The notes: generated by a model not told the origin, from the sequence alone. Counted from the first letter of the whole stretch, positions 48,313 to 60,919 are shown. The stretch: DNA of 61,769 nt, filler included, from Catajapyx aquilonaris (GCA_000934665.2; 3 parts of 3 records of this genome joined end to end with filler, not necessarily neighbours in it), one strand, 5' to 3'. Translations and numbers: made by a program.

Positions 48313-51011
48313 TTCCTACACAATCACATAAGTGCTACAATTATTGAAATTTTGATTATTATGCTTATGCACATTTCATTCTCAAGGAAAAAAATATTAC
48401 CAATTTAGGAAAATTACGCAATCAACCTTAACCATATGTCTGTCCTTCAACATGCGTGATGTGCTAATACTTCCTGACTAAAGCTGCATTTACATGAGAG
48501 CAATTTGATCAGCAATGTCATTGCTGATCGATGAAGCCAATTGTTTGGAGCAAAAGTAACAATCATGGGAACAAGAGATTTTCATACCAAACATTGGGAT
48601 TTATTGCTCGCCGATAACAGCCATGTTCAAATCGCTCACATGTAAACTCAGCCTAATTCAAAGACAATCAAGTAAAACCAGTGATTACCGCTATTACAGG
48701 GGTCGAATTTTTGTCCAGATGCGAAGTTTGCACTGCAGACTTTAATCTGGAGTGCAAATCGCCTACTAGGAGTGCTTAATTTTTAATTGCTGGGTATAGC
48801 CATGTTTAAAAGGAGAGTCAATTGGAGTGCAAAGATTGCACTCCAAGGCTCAGTTTCGAATGCAGATGACAATTTTGGAGTGCGAATTGCACCATTGCAT
48901 CCAAACATTTCGACCCCAGCTATTGCAACACATAACTGGATGGCAATTAATCCTACATCCTGGTCCCTCATTTTCACTGGAAGTGGTTCGATGGTTGCTT
49001 ATAGCCAAGGCTCCTATATCCAGAGTCGACTGTACATTACTAGTACAGTGGAGCCAGGGAGGCAGAGTGGGGCTGTGGTAATGTAGCACACTCACGAACT
49101 CATCAGTCCTGCGGTCCACATCTTCATCTGTTGCATACTTGCATTGAATCATTCAACCCCTGGTTCGACCGTGGTTGGCGAAGGAGCATTATTTCTACCA
49201 AGGATTCCAATGCATGCTGACTCTCCTTCCAATCTGAAGGAATTCCTGTAACCAAACATTTGGATCAGATCATGTCGGCGTGACAGCCACAGTGCGATGG
49301 ACAACTTGCCCAAAATAGTTCACCTTTCCTTCCGGACCTCTCTGCCTCTGTCTGGCTCCTCTCCACCGACGACGGCATCTTCCTCGTCCACTTCAGCTGA
49401 CTCTCAGTCCAGGGAGACCAAGCCACAAGGAAAACTAGCAAGGGAGGGAAAAGTGGGACCATGGAGAAAAAGAGCACATGAGGTTGGCGGGTATGCAGCG
49501 CTCATGCGGGACATTCGGAGGGTAAAGCTGCTCCCTGGTGCCTGGTGGTCGGAGGGCGAACTAACTCTGTTCGCACCCGTTCAATTTCTTTCCAAAGTTT
49601 GGAACACTTTCGAAGTTGTTGCCATATACGAGCCGCAGCAAAAATTTGGGCAGTTGTGTGACCACCACCGTTGCTGCTCTTAATCGGGGTTGCCTCGGTT
49701 TGAAAGGGATCGTGTCCACACGTTGGCTATTTCGTGGTAAGTGATGATCTGCTCAGTTACAAACTGGTCTTTTGAAGTGTCCTTAATACTTAATTTTCAC
49801 TTGCATTTAGCCTACCTAGAACTATGGAAGGTGGGTCATCCTCTGTGAGATATATGCAGAAGCAGGAAGTACACCTTGTTTGGACCATCGAACACTTCCA
49901 AGAGAAGATGTTGAGTGAGCAGCAGGACAACAATGAGGAGGAGGAAAGGATTCTGACATCCCCAATTCAACATGTCGCATTTGAAACTCATCCAAAGGCA
50001 TGCCAATTGAAAGTTCGTTTCCCTTACATGAAAAATGGTGCATATCTAGAGACAGACAGCCTCTCCCTGTATCTTGATGTTGACCTTGATAGCGAAGACC
50101 CAGATGTGATTGCTGACGAGGGCCCAGTGACAATGAGAAGTGCAACTGGCCAGGACTACACTTGCAAAGCTTCCCTTTGGGACATAATAGATGGATTTAC
50201 TGAGTTTATTTCTATGAATGAATTGATGTTACGGATGGATGACCTGCTTCCAAATGATACAATGACCATCATCTGCCAAGGGGAATTTAAACTGGATCTC
50301 GGCTTTATCAAAATCCCAGAACCAAATTTCATGAGCAATATTGAAGGAATATTGCAGTCTGGTATGGGTAGTGATGCTGTTCTGGTAGCTCAAGAGAAGG
50401 AGTTCCTGGTGCACAGGGTGGTCCTTCAGGCCAGAAGCCCCGTGTTTGAAGCCATGTTCAACCACGACACCACAGAGAAGAGGACAGGAAGGGTCATCAT
50501 TGAAGACATAGATCCTCCAGTTGTGGAAGCCATGATACGGTTCATCTACATAGACAAGAAACCTCCTAACCTGCCAGAGATAGCGGCCGATCTGATGGTG
50601 GCTGCGAGTAAGTACAACATAGTGAGACTCCAGAACATGTGCGAGCACCACCTGGCCAACACCCTTGACTTGGATGACGTCATGCCTCTCCTGGATTTAT
50701 CAATCCACCACAGCTGCCCCAAACTGAAAGGGGCTTGCTCCACATTTGCTGTGCTCAACTACCGTGCACTGAGGAAGGCTCCCTACTGGGAGAAGACCAT
50801 GTTCCAGGAGTATCCGGATGCTTTGTACGAGGTGTTGGAGTGCATGCTGGGACAGGACAAAATTGACACTCATGCAGATAGAAACAGGTGAGTGACAAAG
50901 GTTATTCACAATGGCACTAATCTATCTATTCACTCACATTTGGCACAACTCATCCAGGCCAATACTCAATGGCTGCCAAAGGTCACTGCTACAAGCCTCA
51001 GGCGTGCAGAT
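48313..51011 (+). repeat. Segmental duplication copy A (MATH-BTB gene with upstream region)
   Basis: Collinear and highly similar to 58277-61525, including shared MITEs (~48479-48656, ~48697-48918). Confidence 0.92.
49824..50891 (+). CDS. SPOP/Tdpoz-like MATH-BTB protein, copy 1
   Basis: Divergent MATH (VWTIEHF, LSLYL, GFTEFI, LLPNDTMTIIC) plus BTB (SDAVLV..KEFLVHRVVLQARSPVFEAMF, IEDIDPPVVEAMIRFIY, AASKY, LQNMCE); probable 5'UTR intron 49737-49810. Confidence 0.92.
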   Translation: MEGGSSSVRYMQKQEVHLVWTIEHFQEKMLSEQQDNNEEEERILTSPIQHVAFETHPKACQLKVRFPYMKNGAYLETDSLSLYLDVDLDSEDPDVIADEGPVTMRSATGQDYTCKASLWDIIDGFTEFISMNELMLRMDDLLPNDTMTIICQGEFKLDLGFIKIPEPNFMSNIEGILQSGMGSDAVLVAQEKEFLVHRVVLQARSPVFEAMFNHDTTEKRTGRVIIEDIDPPVVEAMIRFIYIDKKPPNLPEIAADLMVAASKYNIVRLQNMCEHHLANTLDLDDVMPLLDLSIHHSCPKLKGACSTFAVLNYRALRKAPYWEKTMFQEYPDALYEVLECMLGQDKIDTHADRNR

Positions 51012-51303
51012 GAACTAGGTCACATCTGGGGCCCTCTTTCTAGCCCTTTCTGCTAGGCAACATAATTATAAACTTTCACTTCAAAATATTTTGATACTTG
51101 AGCAGCAGGATTATAATAAGGCTTCCAACTATCATATGCTTGTACTCACTGTCATCTCTGTAAATTAATTTGGCAGAAAAACACTAAGAATACATACAGG
51201 TTTGGACATGAACAAGGTTGTTGCAAAAACACACTGCATTATCTGAAAATAACTTTTACAGTATAATAATGTAAAAACACTCCTATGCTTACACACATGT
51301 ATT

Positions 51304-51714
51304 CAGGGTGACCAGCGGTAAGGGAAAACGGGGGAACAGGGAAAGCGCAGTGAAATTGGAAATTAGCTGGTAGACAGGGAAAATACAAGGAAATTCAGGT
51401 CAATGACTCAAAATAAGCTAAAATACACTAGGCAACAAAATTTTGTTGCATGACTTTGTTGACAAATTTTCTGTGTTGATCTGGAAGGATATTTTGAAGG
51501 TTATTTCTTTATTGGCGCGAGAAATCAATTCCAAATGTGGTATTGGTTTTTTAAATATAATTATCAAGATTTTTCTAGTTTTCTTAAATTTTGTGAAATT
51601 TGCACAGAGGTTCTGAAAAATGAAATCAGTTGGAAAAAAGTGGCAGGGAAAAAGTCAATGAAGACACAGGGAAAACACAGGGAAATTGTATTTTAGTCAC
51701 TGCTGGTCACCCTG
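51304..51714. mobile_element. MITE with CAGGGTGACCAGC TIRs and CAGGGAAA subterminal repeats
   Basis: CAGGGTGACCAGC / GCTGGTCACCCTG. Confidence 0.7.
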
Positions 51715-52819
51715 GTCTTAGTATGTACCAGTAACAGGGTGATGCAAAATATTTGTCTGACTAATGTGGCTATTTGTTTGTATCAAGCTGCTAATTTTTA
51801 GCAGTACTTTTGCATGGGTACAAAGCCATCAAAATACAGTTGACTCCAGATGTAACAGCCTTGGTTGTAACTTATGATGGACTCAAAAGGCAATGTCCCT
51901 GCAAACTTCCGTAAGGCTCTATGTATTTTCCCTATTAATATAACATACTCATTTTCACCTGGCCTCAGGTATAACAGACCACTTTGTGTCCCTTAGAAGG
52001 GAAGATATGCTGGTTTAGATTATTCAAATACCTTTCCTATGCACAGGAAGGTGGAGAATACTGGAGGGGGGTGATTTTAGCAGACCGATCTAAGGTACTC
52101 ATAATCATTCTTTTTCTGGTACATTAGGCAACAAGAGATGGCAGAAGAAAATTACTTTTTTTGGGGGGTCCTGTCTAATTTATGGGTGAGCTAATTTTGC
52201 ATTTTTGTGGATAGTTGCATTAATATATGCAGTAGTGTGCATTTTAAGCATATATTATGGAAAACAGAAAACTTTGTGTAATCTTTGCAAAAGTGGCCAA
52301 TTGGTAGTAACAGACTTCGGTTGTAGCACACTTTTTTCTGCTGTCCCTTGCAGTCTGTTGTATGTGGAGCAAGTATTAGCTGCTAGATTACATGGACCCA
52401 CTCATTACTAAGCCTGGAAAGTGGTTAGCTGTTGCTGACATGAGATGCCAATTGCTCCAATGGGCCATTGCTATTCGTAAAATAGACTTCCTTTGCAGGA
52501 CAGAATGGATGTTAAGTTAAGCATAATGTTAGTTGATCATACTTGTAAAAGTAACTGTAACAGTATCTGCTAATAAATAAGCAGCTTTGTGGCGGCAATT
52601 AGCCATATGTATACATATGCTCATGTATGGTGAAGCATTGAGACGTGTCAGGAGCTAATTTCGTCCAGATATTCAACCAACTTACGCCAAGATGTTATTG
52701 TAAAGAAAATTAATCAATCATGGGCACATTCCAATCAGTGCGCCACCCACAGTCAAATCGGTTACTTCTTAGAAATGTCTGCACTTTGCATAGCAATTAA
52801 GTTAAATTAGCGAAATCGT

Positions 52820-53160
52820 GGGAGGCGGGGTGGCCGAGATGGTAACGTCTCGGCTTGCTGTGTGAACAGTCCCGGGTTCGTCCTGGCCCGGGAGTTCCCT
52901 TTCACCTGCGTCAGCGAGGGTCAGAGACCTGTGCCATGGAGGTGTCTGGCAGCATAGCTTCCAGGGAGACTGCACATGACCCACATAATTATAATGACAA
53001 CGCACTTGCACCTGCATCTCCTCCCCACAAAAACCCTTATCCCCACCTAATGTCCTTTCTCCTCTGCACCGGTGACTTAAGATAAATGCGATTATATTTC
53101 GTAAGAAAATATGGTGGTGAACCACCCCCCTAAGAGAGCACGGGGTAGCTAAAAACATTA
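52820..53160 (+). mobile_element. tRNA-derived SINE, family A, older copy
   Basis: GGGAGGCGGGGTGGCCGAGATGGTAACGTCTCGG...; 3' end CACGGGGTAGCTAAAAA; degenerate flanking repeat AAATTAGCG. Confidence 0.85.
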
Positions 53161-53250
53161 AAATTAAGAAATATATGAAAAATTAGCGTTATCAGGCTTA
53201 TTTTTATTTTAATTTTTAGAACAAAGGAAGTTACTGTGGAGGAGTCTTTG

Positions 53251-54306
53251 ATGCTATATCAGCAGAGGCAGCAATTCCAGTTTGTGTGGACAATTGAAGA
53301 CTTCGAAGAAAAGATGTCGAATGACCAGAAGGACAACAAGTGGCAGGAAAAGATCCTGACATCCCCAGGTCACCCAGTCGCCTTTGGAACACATACAATA
53401 AGATGTCACTTGGAAGCTCGGATTCCATACTTCAAAAGTGGTGGCTATCAGAAGCATGAAGGCTTTCTCCTGTACCTTTACTACGACCCTCATGACCATG
53501 CTGTGACTTCTCACTCCTACTCAGTGACAATCAAGAGTGCAAGCAGTTGTGACTACACCAAGCATTTGCCCCCTGGTAAAGCTTTTTATTCTTCAGGTGT
53601 CTTGCCACCATCACGGAGATATTTCAAATCTATTTCCATGAATGAATTGATGTCAAAGAGGGATGATCTGCTTCCAAGCAACACAATGACCATCGTCTGC
53701 CAAGGGGAATTAGGCATGGATCTCAGAAAGTTCAAAGTTCATGAGCCTAATTTAATGTGCAATTTTGAAGGGATATTGCAGTCTGGTATGGGTAGCGATG
53801 CTGTTCTGGTATCTCAAGGGAAGGAGTTCCGGGTGCACAGGGTGGTCCTTCAGGCCTGCAGCCCTGTGTTTGAAGCCATGTTCAACCACGACACCACAGA
53901 GAAGAAGACAGGAAGGGTCATCATTGAAGGCATAGATCCGCCAGTTGTGGAAGCCTTGATACGTTTCATCTACACAGAAGATGAGGAACTACCCAACATG
54001 CAAGAGATAGCCACCGATCTGATGGTGGCTGCAGGGAGGTACAATCTGGAGAGACTCCAGAACATGTGTGAGGAAGAACTGGCCAGTACCCTCAAGGTGG
54101 ATAATGTCATGGCTCGCCTGCGTTTTTCAATCTGCCACAGTCGCCCTCGACTGACAAGATCCTGCTGCATCTTCATCAAGCTCAATTTCAACGAAATGAG
54201 GAAGGCTTCCTACTGGGGAAGGAGCTTGGTCGAAGAGTTTCCAGAAAGTTTGAAGGAGCTGTTAGACTTCCTGAAGATTAGGCCTAATATTGATAATTCC
54301 AACTGA
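53251..54306 (+). CDS. SPOP/Tdpoz-like MATH-BTB protein, copy 2
   Basis: Same architecture as copy 1; acceptor TTTTTAG at 53219; the position aligned to the paralog ATG is GTG (53236), next in-frame ATG is 53251. Confidence 0.88.
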   Translation: MLYQQRQQFQFVWTIEDFEEKMSNDQKDNKWQEKILTSPGHPVAFGTHTIRCHLEARIPYFKSGGYQKHEGFLLYLYYDPHDHAVTSHSYSVTIKSASSCDYTKHLPPGKAFYSSGVLPPSRRYFKSISMNELMSKRDDLLPSNTMTIVCQGELGMDLRKFKVHEPNLMCNFEGILQSGMGSDAVLVSQGKEFRVHRVVLQACSPVFEAMFNHDTTEKKTGRVIIEGIDPPVVEALIRFIYTEDEELPNMQEIATDLMVAAGRYNLERLQNMCEEELASTLKVDNVMARLRFSICHSRPRLTRSCCIFIKLNFNEMRKASYWGRSLVEEFPESLKELLDFLKIRPNIDNSN

Positions 54307-56887
54307 AGTTAATTTTGATTCATTTTATAATGTTGTACTTCACAGAACTTTGTACAATATACGTAACCTTGGATGGAAAAAAGATGATGATTTTTAAGAT
54401 TTTTCATTAATGTTCCTCCGCTTGTCCACATTCAAAAAGTAAATCATAGCTTGTATTGATATGGTTTTCTTACATGCTCATCAATATGCAATTTTTCGCA
54501 GCAATTTAAATCAGCAGGTAGCGATTGATGCTGGGCAACCTAGCAACGGGTCTAATGCATGGCATCGGAATAAGCGGGCTACGACCTATAGGTCGCCCAG
54601 CATCAATTGCTACTTGTAAACAGTGACAATAGAAAGAACGCTAAGCGCTCTCCATATGCTGATGTCCAAACGCGCCCAGTTTCCAGGTAACACCAAAGAC
54701 ATTGTTTGCATTTATGATATGCTATTTTGTCCGGGACTGTACAGGACCAATATTTTGTATCTTTGACCAGAAGTAGCTCGTGACCTGTAGGTCACAGGGG
54801 TCAACATGTGCCGTTTTTCAGAACCAGCTAATCAAGCCCGTTCCATTGGTACCACATTTGCTGGACCTTATGAGGGACCTTATGAGGGTAGGCTGCCCTT
54901 TGACCCGACATAGCGGGCGATCTGATGATTTTCAGGTCTTGGCGCAATTATTTTCTACAACATGTAAAAAATTTGGAGAATTTAACCGAAAGGCATTTCC
55001 CATAAGGATGGTGCCATATCCTTTTATTGCAATACAAATCACCTGGAAGGAATAAAGGACGAAGTTCCAGCTCCTTCATCTCGTGCAGCGTTGGGTCATC
55101 ATCTCTGGCTTCGTCTCGGGTGGAATTTCCGCTAGACATATCCACCTGGGGGGAGTTCACAAAATAATGTGCCATCTTGGAAACTTTGCACTGCACATCC
55201 CCTCCTGTCGACATGCCTGTGTGCCCGGGCGATTCAAATTAATATAGGCACCTAAAATGCAACACTGATCAATAAAAAATAAATAAAGGCCAAAGTACTT
55301 GTAGCCAAGGGGTCAGAAGCACTACCCACAATTAAAAAATAGAAATAAAATAAAGGATGGAGTTAACAAGACTGGTCAGAGATTATTTTTAACTAGCAAT
55401 TCAATGTCACTGTCTTCTCTGAGTTAGCTAATTATTATGGGAGGCAGTCTTGCAGAGGAAAATGAGTTAATATTTGACCTTAATATGTTTTCACTTTGAG
55501 TATTTCATCCTGGAAAGCAACATGCTGTTCACATAGGTATGTGCTTCCAAAGAGCTCCAGATTCTTGCCCTACACATTCTTAAGTTCTCGAATTTCTGTT
55601 TTCTTTCTATACAGTATAATATTAATAAAATAATTGTAGAAGGGATATTTCACAAGAATTTCAGGCTACAGCTACTACTGGGATTCCACTTCACGAAATG
55701 AGATCTCGGACGTATGATAAATTAATCTCAAAAGAACCTGTGGTCGCATAAAACATCTCAGAAAAGCGCGCAATGCGTAGAGGAGGATTTTAATATCTGC
55801 AACGTCTGGAAGGAAAATGTTAATTAACGTGATGAAGGGGTCCTTGTGTCTTCGAGGGATGAGCGACAGCGGCTGTGGGAGCCCTCACTTTTGGAGCTGT
55901 GCTTTTATTATGATACATTTTGTTGACCTGGGTTGTCAGTTGCCTCAAAATCTAAATCAGCGACATTAAAAACGGGGAGAAACATTAGTACCACTTATTC
56001 TGCAGATTCTTAAATTCTATCGTGTTTTCGGTACACCCTGTAGGTCTTAGTTTGATAACTGCCTCAAAAATATATATGAAGCAGCAAAGCTATCATTTTT
56101 GTGCCCTTTTTTTCTGATATTGACCACTGATGTGAGGCCATCACAACACAAAAAATGCTGGTGCAGCAGTACACTTATGAGAACATTTCATTCATGAGAA
56201 CACCATTCATTTTGTCAAAGATTGTCACTCGACTTCCTTTGCCATTGCCCTGCTGTCGAGCTCGATTTAGCGGAGACACAATAATAATGCCAGTGAAACG
56301 CAGCCATCCAGCTCCGAATAAATTAAAGTGTATCACAACAATAATATCAATTTATTAATTTAAAAAAGAATCCTCAGTAGGACTCCTCCGAAGTCTGTTA
56401 AATACCCTGCGAGCTGCGTCTACTGCAGTAGTTCTTGCGAAAAGAAGGGAAAAGAGCCCTAAGTATCAGATGACCCTTCCCCTGGAACCTTCCATTAAAC
56501 GTACATTATAAATGTTAGAAATAGTCGGCATTAAAAACTGCAATTTAAGCACTGTATCAGGGAAATTTTTAGAACTCTTGGAACCTATCTCACCTACTTC
56601 CATTATAATTTTGTCTCGTTTTACACCTTTTCATTTTACGCCGCGTTTTGTGGGAACCGATTGAAGCACGGATATGCAAAAGGGCCCAAGTGCCGATTTA
56701 TGCGAAAATGAGTTCAGATATACAAATTGTAGGTAAGCCATACATGCATCACATGGTGTGGAAGATGGAACCAAATTCATGCAGTATCATGTAAGAAATG
56801 GAAGTAGAAATATCCAGGGAAATGCATAAGGGCCTACATGCAGGAATTGGGCCGTCTCTGAAGACTCTTGACACAGCATGTGAGTAT

Positions 56888-57175
56888 GCTGAAGTTGATG
56901 TGGTGGTTAAGAAACCCACCTGCTAATCGGGAGGTCCTGGGTCCGAATCCTGGGGCCGGCAACCCTGACTGTGGTTTTCCGTGGTTTCCCACGGTCCTTC
57001 CAGGAAAATTCCGGAGTTGTTTCCGTAATTAACAGACCACACCAGCTTCCTTCCGTCCCTATCCTGTCCCAAAAAGCACAGTAAAATGAAAGCAAAGAGT
57101 TCCAGGCAAAACAAAAACTTCTCCCCTAAAGAGCCGATAGGCTGATAACGGGGTATGAATTATTAATAAATAAAT
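56888..57175 (+). mobile_element. SINE family B copy
   Basis: CTGCTAATCGGGAGGTCCTGGGTCCGAATCC head; 3' end CCCTAAAGAGCC...GGGTATGAATTATT shared with 10330-10634. Confidence 0.8.
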
Positions 57176-58009
57176 GTGAGGATGCTTAAGATGGTATGTA
57201 GATTGCTGCCATGACTGTGTGTTATTCAGAGGAAATTAATAAAGAGCTGCTCTAAACAATGATGACTGTGTTGACGTTCACATGCGAACAAAACATGCAA
57301 TCTTTTTTGTGCCATTGTTTACTCTTTACTCATGGTATGGTGTCCTGATAATGTACATGAAAATATTATATTCATAAATAAATAGATAGATACAATACTC
57401 ATGTGGATCTAAATGACCAAGGAAATGCAAAAGGGCCATAATATGGCAACAAGGAGTGGCCCGTACTTCGCGTACGTGAGATATTTCATAAATATGCACT
57501 GTACGCAGCTATTCCCCTTCATGCACGCCAACTTTCCTCTGTAGTGGTCAATGAGCTCCGGACACAATGTTGGCTGCGATACAAAAAAAAAAAAGAGGTC
57601 TCCTGAAAAGTGTGTCACCTTGCAACTGGGCCCTTTTGCACTTCCGTGCTTCAATTGCCGGAGTAAAACGGGTACTACCTGTACACTCATGGGGAGCCAT
57701 GGGAGCCCGTTCGTAAGTATACAGATCGCAGTAAATCATACTGCAATAAGTCAGTGGCCCATTATCAAAACCAGGCTACCTATTTCTTCAGAACACCAGG
57801 AAACGCGAATGTCTGATTTTGCGCTTTTTATTTACGACCCAGGGAAAAATTATTACCATGTTCATTGTATGCTTTGCCATGTCTCCTATCACATATCCAG
57901 AGCACGGGAATCATGATCCATTAACAGCCACAAAATCAACAATGATCAATTGAAAATTATGATAATCTTTAGATTCAAAAAAGTGCGGTTTTGGAACTTT
58001 TCCCAGGGT

Positions 58010-58172
58010 CACCGATAGGTAAGACATGGGTGTGAGAAATTTCAGCGCTCTCCGTACCCAGGAAGTGGCTTAATTAGGCGTGATAAATAAATAAATTATA
58101 ATTTATTTATCACGCCACCATACATATTATACATATTATGTACAAATATTGAGCTTTATAATAATAGGGATT
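58010..58172 (+). mobile_element. Helentron/DINE-1-like remnant
   Basis: AAATTTCAGCGCTCT...GGAAGTGGCT...CTTTATAATAATAGGGAT; similar end at ~38025-38110; family assignment from motif recall only. Confidence 0.4.
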
Positions 58173-59827
58173 TATTTATATACAACCGGCCGGCTTACCT
58201 TATATGACAAGTATATTACTGCATGACATAGCCCTAGAAAGGCATAAACATAATCCACTAACATTTATATTCATCCTTCCTACACAATCACACCTACACA
58301 ATCACATAACTGCTACAATTATTGAAATTTTGATTATTATGCTTACGCACATTTCACTCTGAAGGAAAAAAACACTGCCAATTGAGGAAAATTACGCAAT
58401 CAACTCTAACCATAAGTCTGTCCTTCAGCCTAAAGCTGCATTTACGTGAGAGCAATTTGATCAGCGATGTCATTGCTGATCGATGAAGCCAATTGTTTGG
58501 AGCAAAAGTAACAATCATGGCAACAATAGATTTTCATTCCAAACAATGGGATTTATTGCTCGGCAATAACATCAATGTTCAAATCGCTCACATGTTAACC
58601 CAGCCTAATTCAAAGACCATCAAGTAAAGCCATTGATTATCGCTATTACAGGGGTCGAATTTTTGTCCAGATGCAAAGTTTGCACTCCGGACTTTGAATC
58701 TGGAGTGCAAATCGCTTACTAGGAGTGCTTAATTTTTAATTGCTGGGTATAGCCATGTTTAAAAGGAGAGTCAATTGGAGTGCAAAGATTGCACTCCAAG
58801 GCTCAGTTTCGAATGCAGATGACAATTTTGGAGTGCGAATTGCACCATTGCATCCAAACATTTCGACCCCAGCTATTGCAACACATAACTGGATGGCAAT
58901 TAATCCTACATCCTGTGCCTCATTTTCACTGGAAGTGGTTCGATGGCCAAGGCTCCTATATCCAGGGTCGACTGTACATTACTAGTACAGTGGAGCCAGG
59001 GAGGCAGAGTGGGGCTATGGTAATGTACACACTCATGAACTCGTCAGTCCTGCGGTCCACATCTTCATCTGATGAATAATTGAATTCGACCCCTGGTTCG
59101 ACCGTGGCTGGCGAAGGTTTCCAATGCATGCTGACTCTCCTTCCAATCTGAAGGAATTCCTGTAACCAAACATTTGGATCAGATCATTGTTGGCATGATC
59201 GCCACTGACAGTGCGATGGACAACTTGCCCAATATAGTTCACCTTTCCTTCTGGACCTCTCTGCCTGTGCCTGGCTCCTCTCCACCGACGGCATCTTCCT
59301 CGTCCACTTCAGCTGACTCTCAGTCCAGGGAGACCAAGCCACAAGCAAACTAGCCAAGGAGGGAAAAGTGGGAAATTAAGTTGGAGAAAAAGAGCACACG
59401 AGGTTGGCGGGTATGCAGCGCTCATGCGGGACATGCGGAGGGTAAAGCTGCTCCCTGGTGCCTGGTGGTCGGGGGGCGAACTAACTCTGTTTGCACCCGC
59501 GTTCATTTTCTTTCCAAAGATTGGAACACTTTCGGACCTAGGGAATTTCCCCCCTCACATGAGATCACCCTGAGAGCGCCAGTCGAGACACACACACGTG
59601 CTGTGGTGAAAGGCCAGCAGAATAAGGAGAACAAAAGATTGTGCGAGTCTTCTCCTGGTCCCTCCGACTGACCACCACTGTTGCTGCTCTTAATCGGGTT
59701 TGCCTCGGGTTGAAAGGGACCGTGTCCACACGTTGGCTATTTCGTGGTAAGTGATGAGCTGTCCAGAGACAAACTGGTCTTTTGAAGTGTCCTTGTACTT
59801 AATTTTGACTTGCAGTTACCTAGAACT

Positions 59828-60919
59828 ATGGAAGGTGCTGCCAATGGGTCATCCTCTCTGAGACGCCCTCTGAGATATGTGCAGAAGCAGGGAGTACACC
59901 TTGTTTGGACCATCGAACACTTCCAACAGAAGATGTTGAATGAGCAGCAGGACAACAATGAGGATGAGGAGGAAAGGATTCTGACAACACCAGTTCAACA
60001 TGTCGCCTTTGAAACTCATCCAATCGCATGCCAATTGAAAGTTCGTTTCCCTTACATGAAAAATGGTGCATATCTAGAGAAAGACAGCCTCTACCTGTAT
60101 CTGGATGTCGACCTTGATAGCGAAGACCCAGATGTGATTCCTGACAAGGGCCCAATGACAATGAGAAGTGCAACTGGCCACGACTACACTTGCAAAGCTT
60201 CCCTTTGGAACATAATAGAGGGATTTACCGAGTTTATTTCTATGAATGAATTGATGTTACGGATGGATGACCTGCTTCCAAATGATACAATGACCATCAT
60301 CTGCCAAGGGGAATTAAGCATGGATCTCAGGAATCTCACAATCCCTGAACCAAATTTCAAGAGCAATATGGCAGGAATATTGCAGTCTGGTATGGGTAGC
60401 GACACTGTTCTGGTAGCTCAAGAGGAGGAGTTCCTGGTGCACAGGGTGGTCCTTCAGGCCAGAAGCCCTGTGTTTGAAGCCATGTTCAACCACGACACCA
60501 CAGAGACGAGGACAGGAAGGGTCACCATTGAAGACATAGATCCTCCAGTTGTGGAAACCATGATACGGTTCATCTACACAGACGAGGAACCTCCTAACCT
60601 TCCAGAGGTAGCTGCCGATCTGATGGTGGCTGCGAGCAAGTACAGCATAGAGAGACTCCAGATCGTGTGCGAGCATCATCTGGCGAACACCCTCAACTTG
60701 GATAATGTCATGCCTCTCCTGGATTTATCAATTCACCACAGTTGCCCCAAACTGAAAGGGGCTTGCTCCACATTTGCTGTGCTCAACTACCCTGCGCTGA
60801 GGAAGGCTCCCTACTGGGAAAGGACGATGGTCCAGGAGTATCCGGATGCTATGTACGAGGTGTTGGAGTGCATGCATGGAAAGGACAAAATTGACACTCG
60901 CGCAGATAGAAACAGGTGA
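59828..60919 (+). CDS. SPOP/Tdpoz-like MATH-BTB protein, copy 3
   Basis: Close paralog of copy 1; acceptor TTTTGACTTGCAG just upstream; ATG in the AGAACTATGG context as in copy 1. Confidence 0.92.
   Translation: MEGAANGSSSLRRPLRYVQKQGVHLVWTIEHFQQKMLNEQQDNNEDEEERILTTPVQHVAFETHPIACQLKVRFPYMKNGAYLEKDSLYLYLDVDLDSEDPDVIPDKGPMTMRSATGHDYTCKASLWNIIEGFTEFISMNELMLRMDDLLPNDTMTIICQGELSMDLRNLTIPEPNFKSNMAGILQSGMGSDTVLVAQEEEFLVHRVVLQARSPVFEAMFNHDTTETRTGRVTIEDIDPPVVETMIRFIYTDEEPPNLPEVAADLMVAASKYSIERLQIVCEHHLANTLNLDNVMPLLDLSIHHSCPKLKGACSTFAVLNYPALRKAPYWERTMVQEYPDAMYEVLECMHGKDKIDTRADRNR

Noticed and set aside
49085..49130. Possible hammerhead ribozyme core (CTGATGAG on - strand; CTGACGAG near 59045)
   Set aside because: No stem II followed by GAAA in the required position
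48950..49480. Possible antisense coding sequence upstream of the MATH-BTB genes (and 58920-59370)
   Set aside because: Frames are broken by stops and differ by indels between the two copies; no recognisable domain
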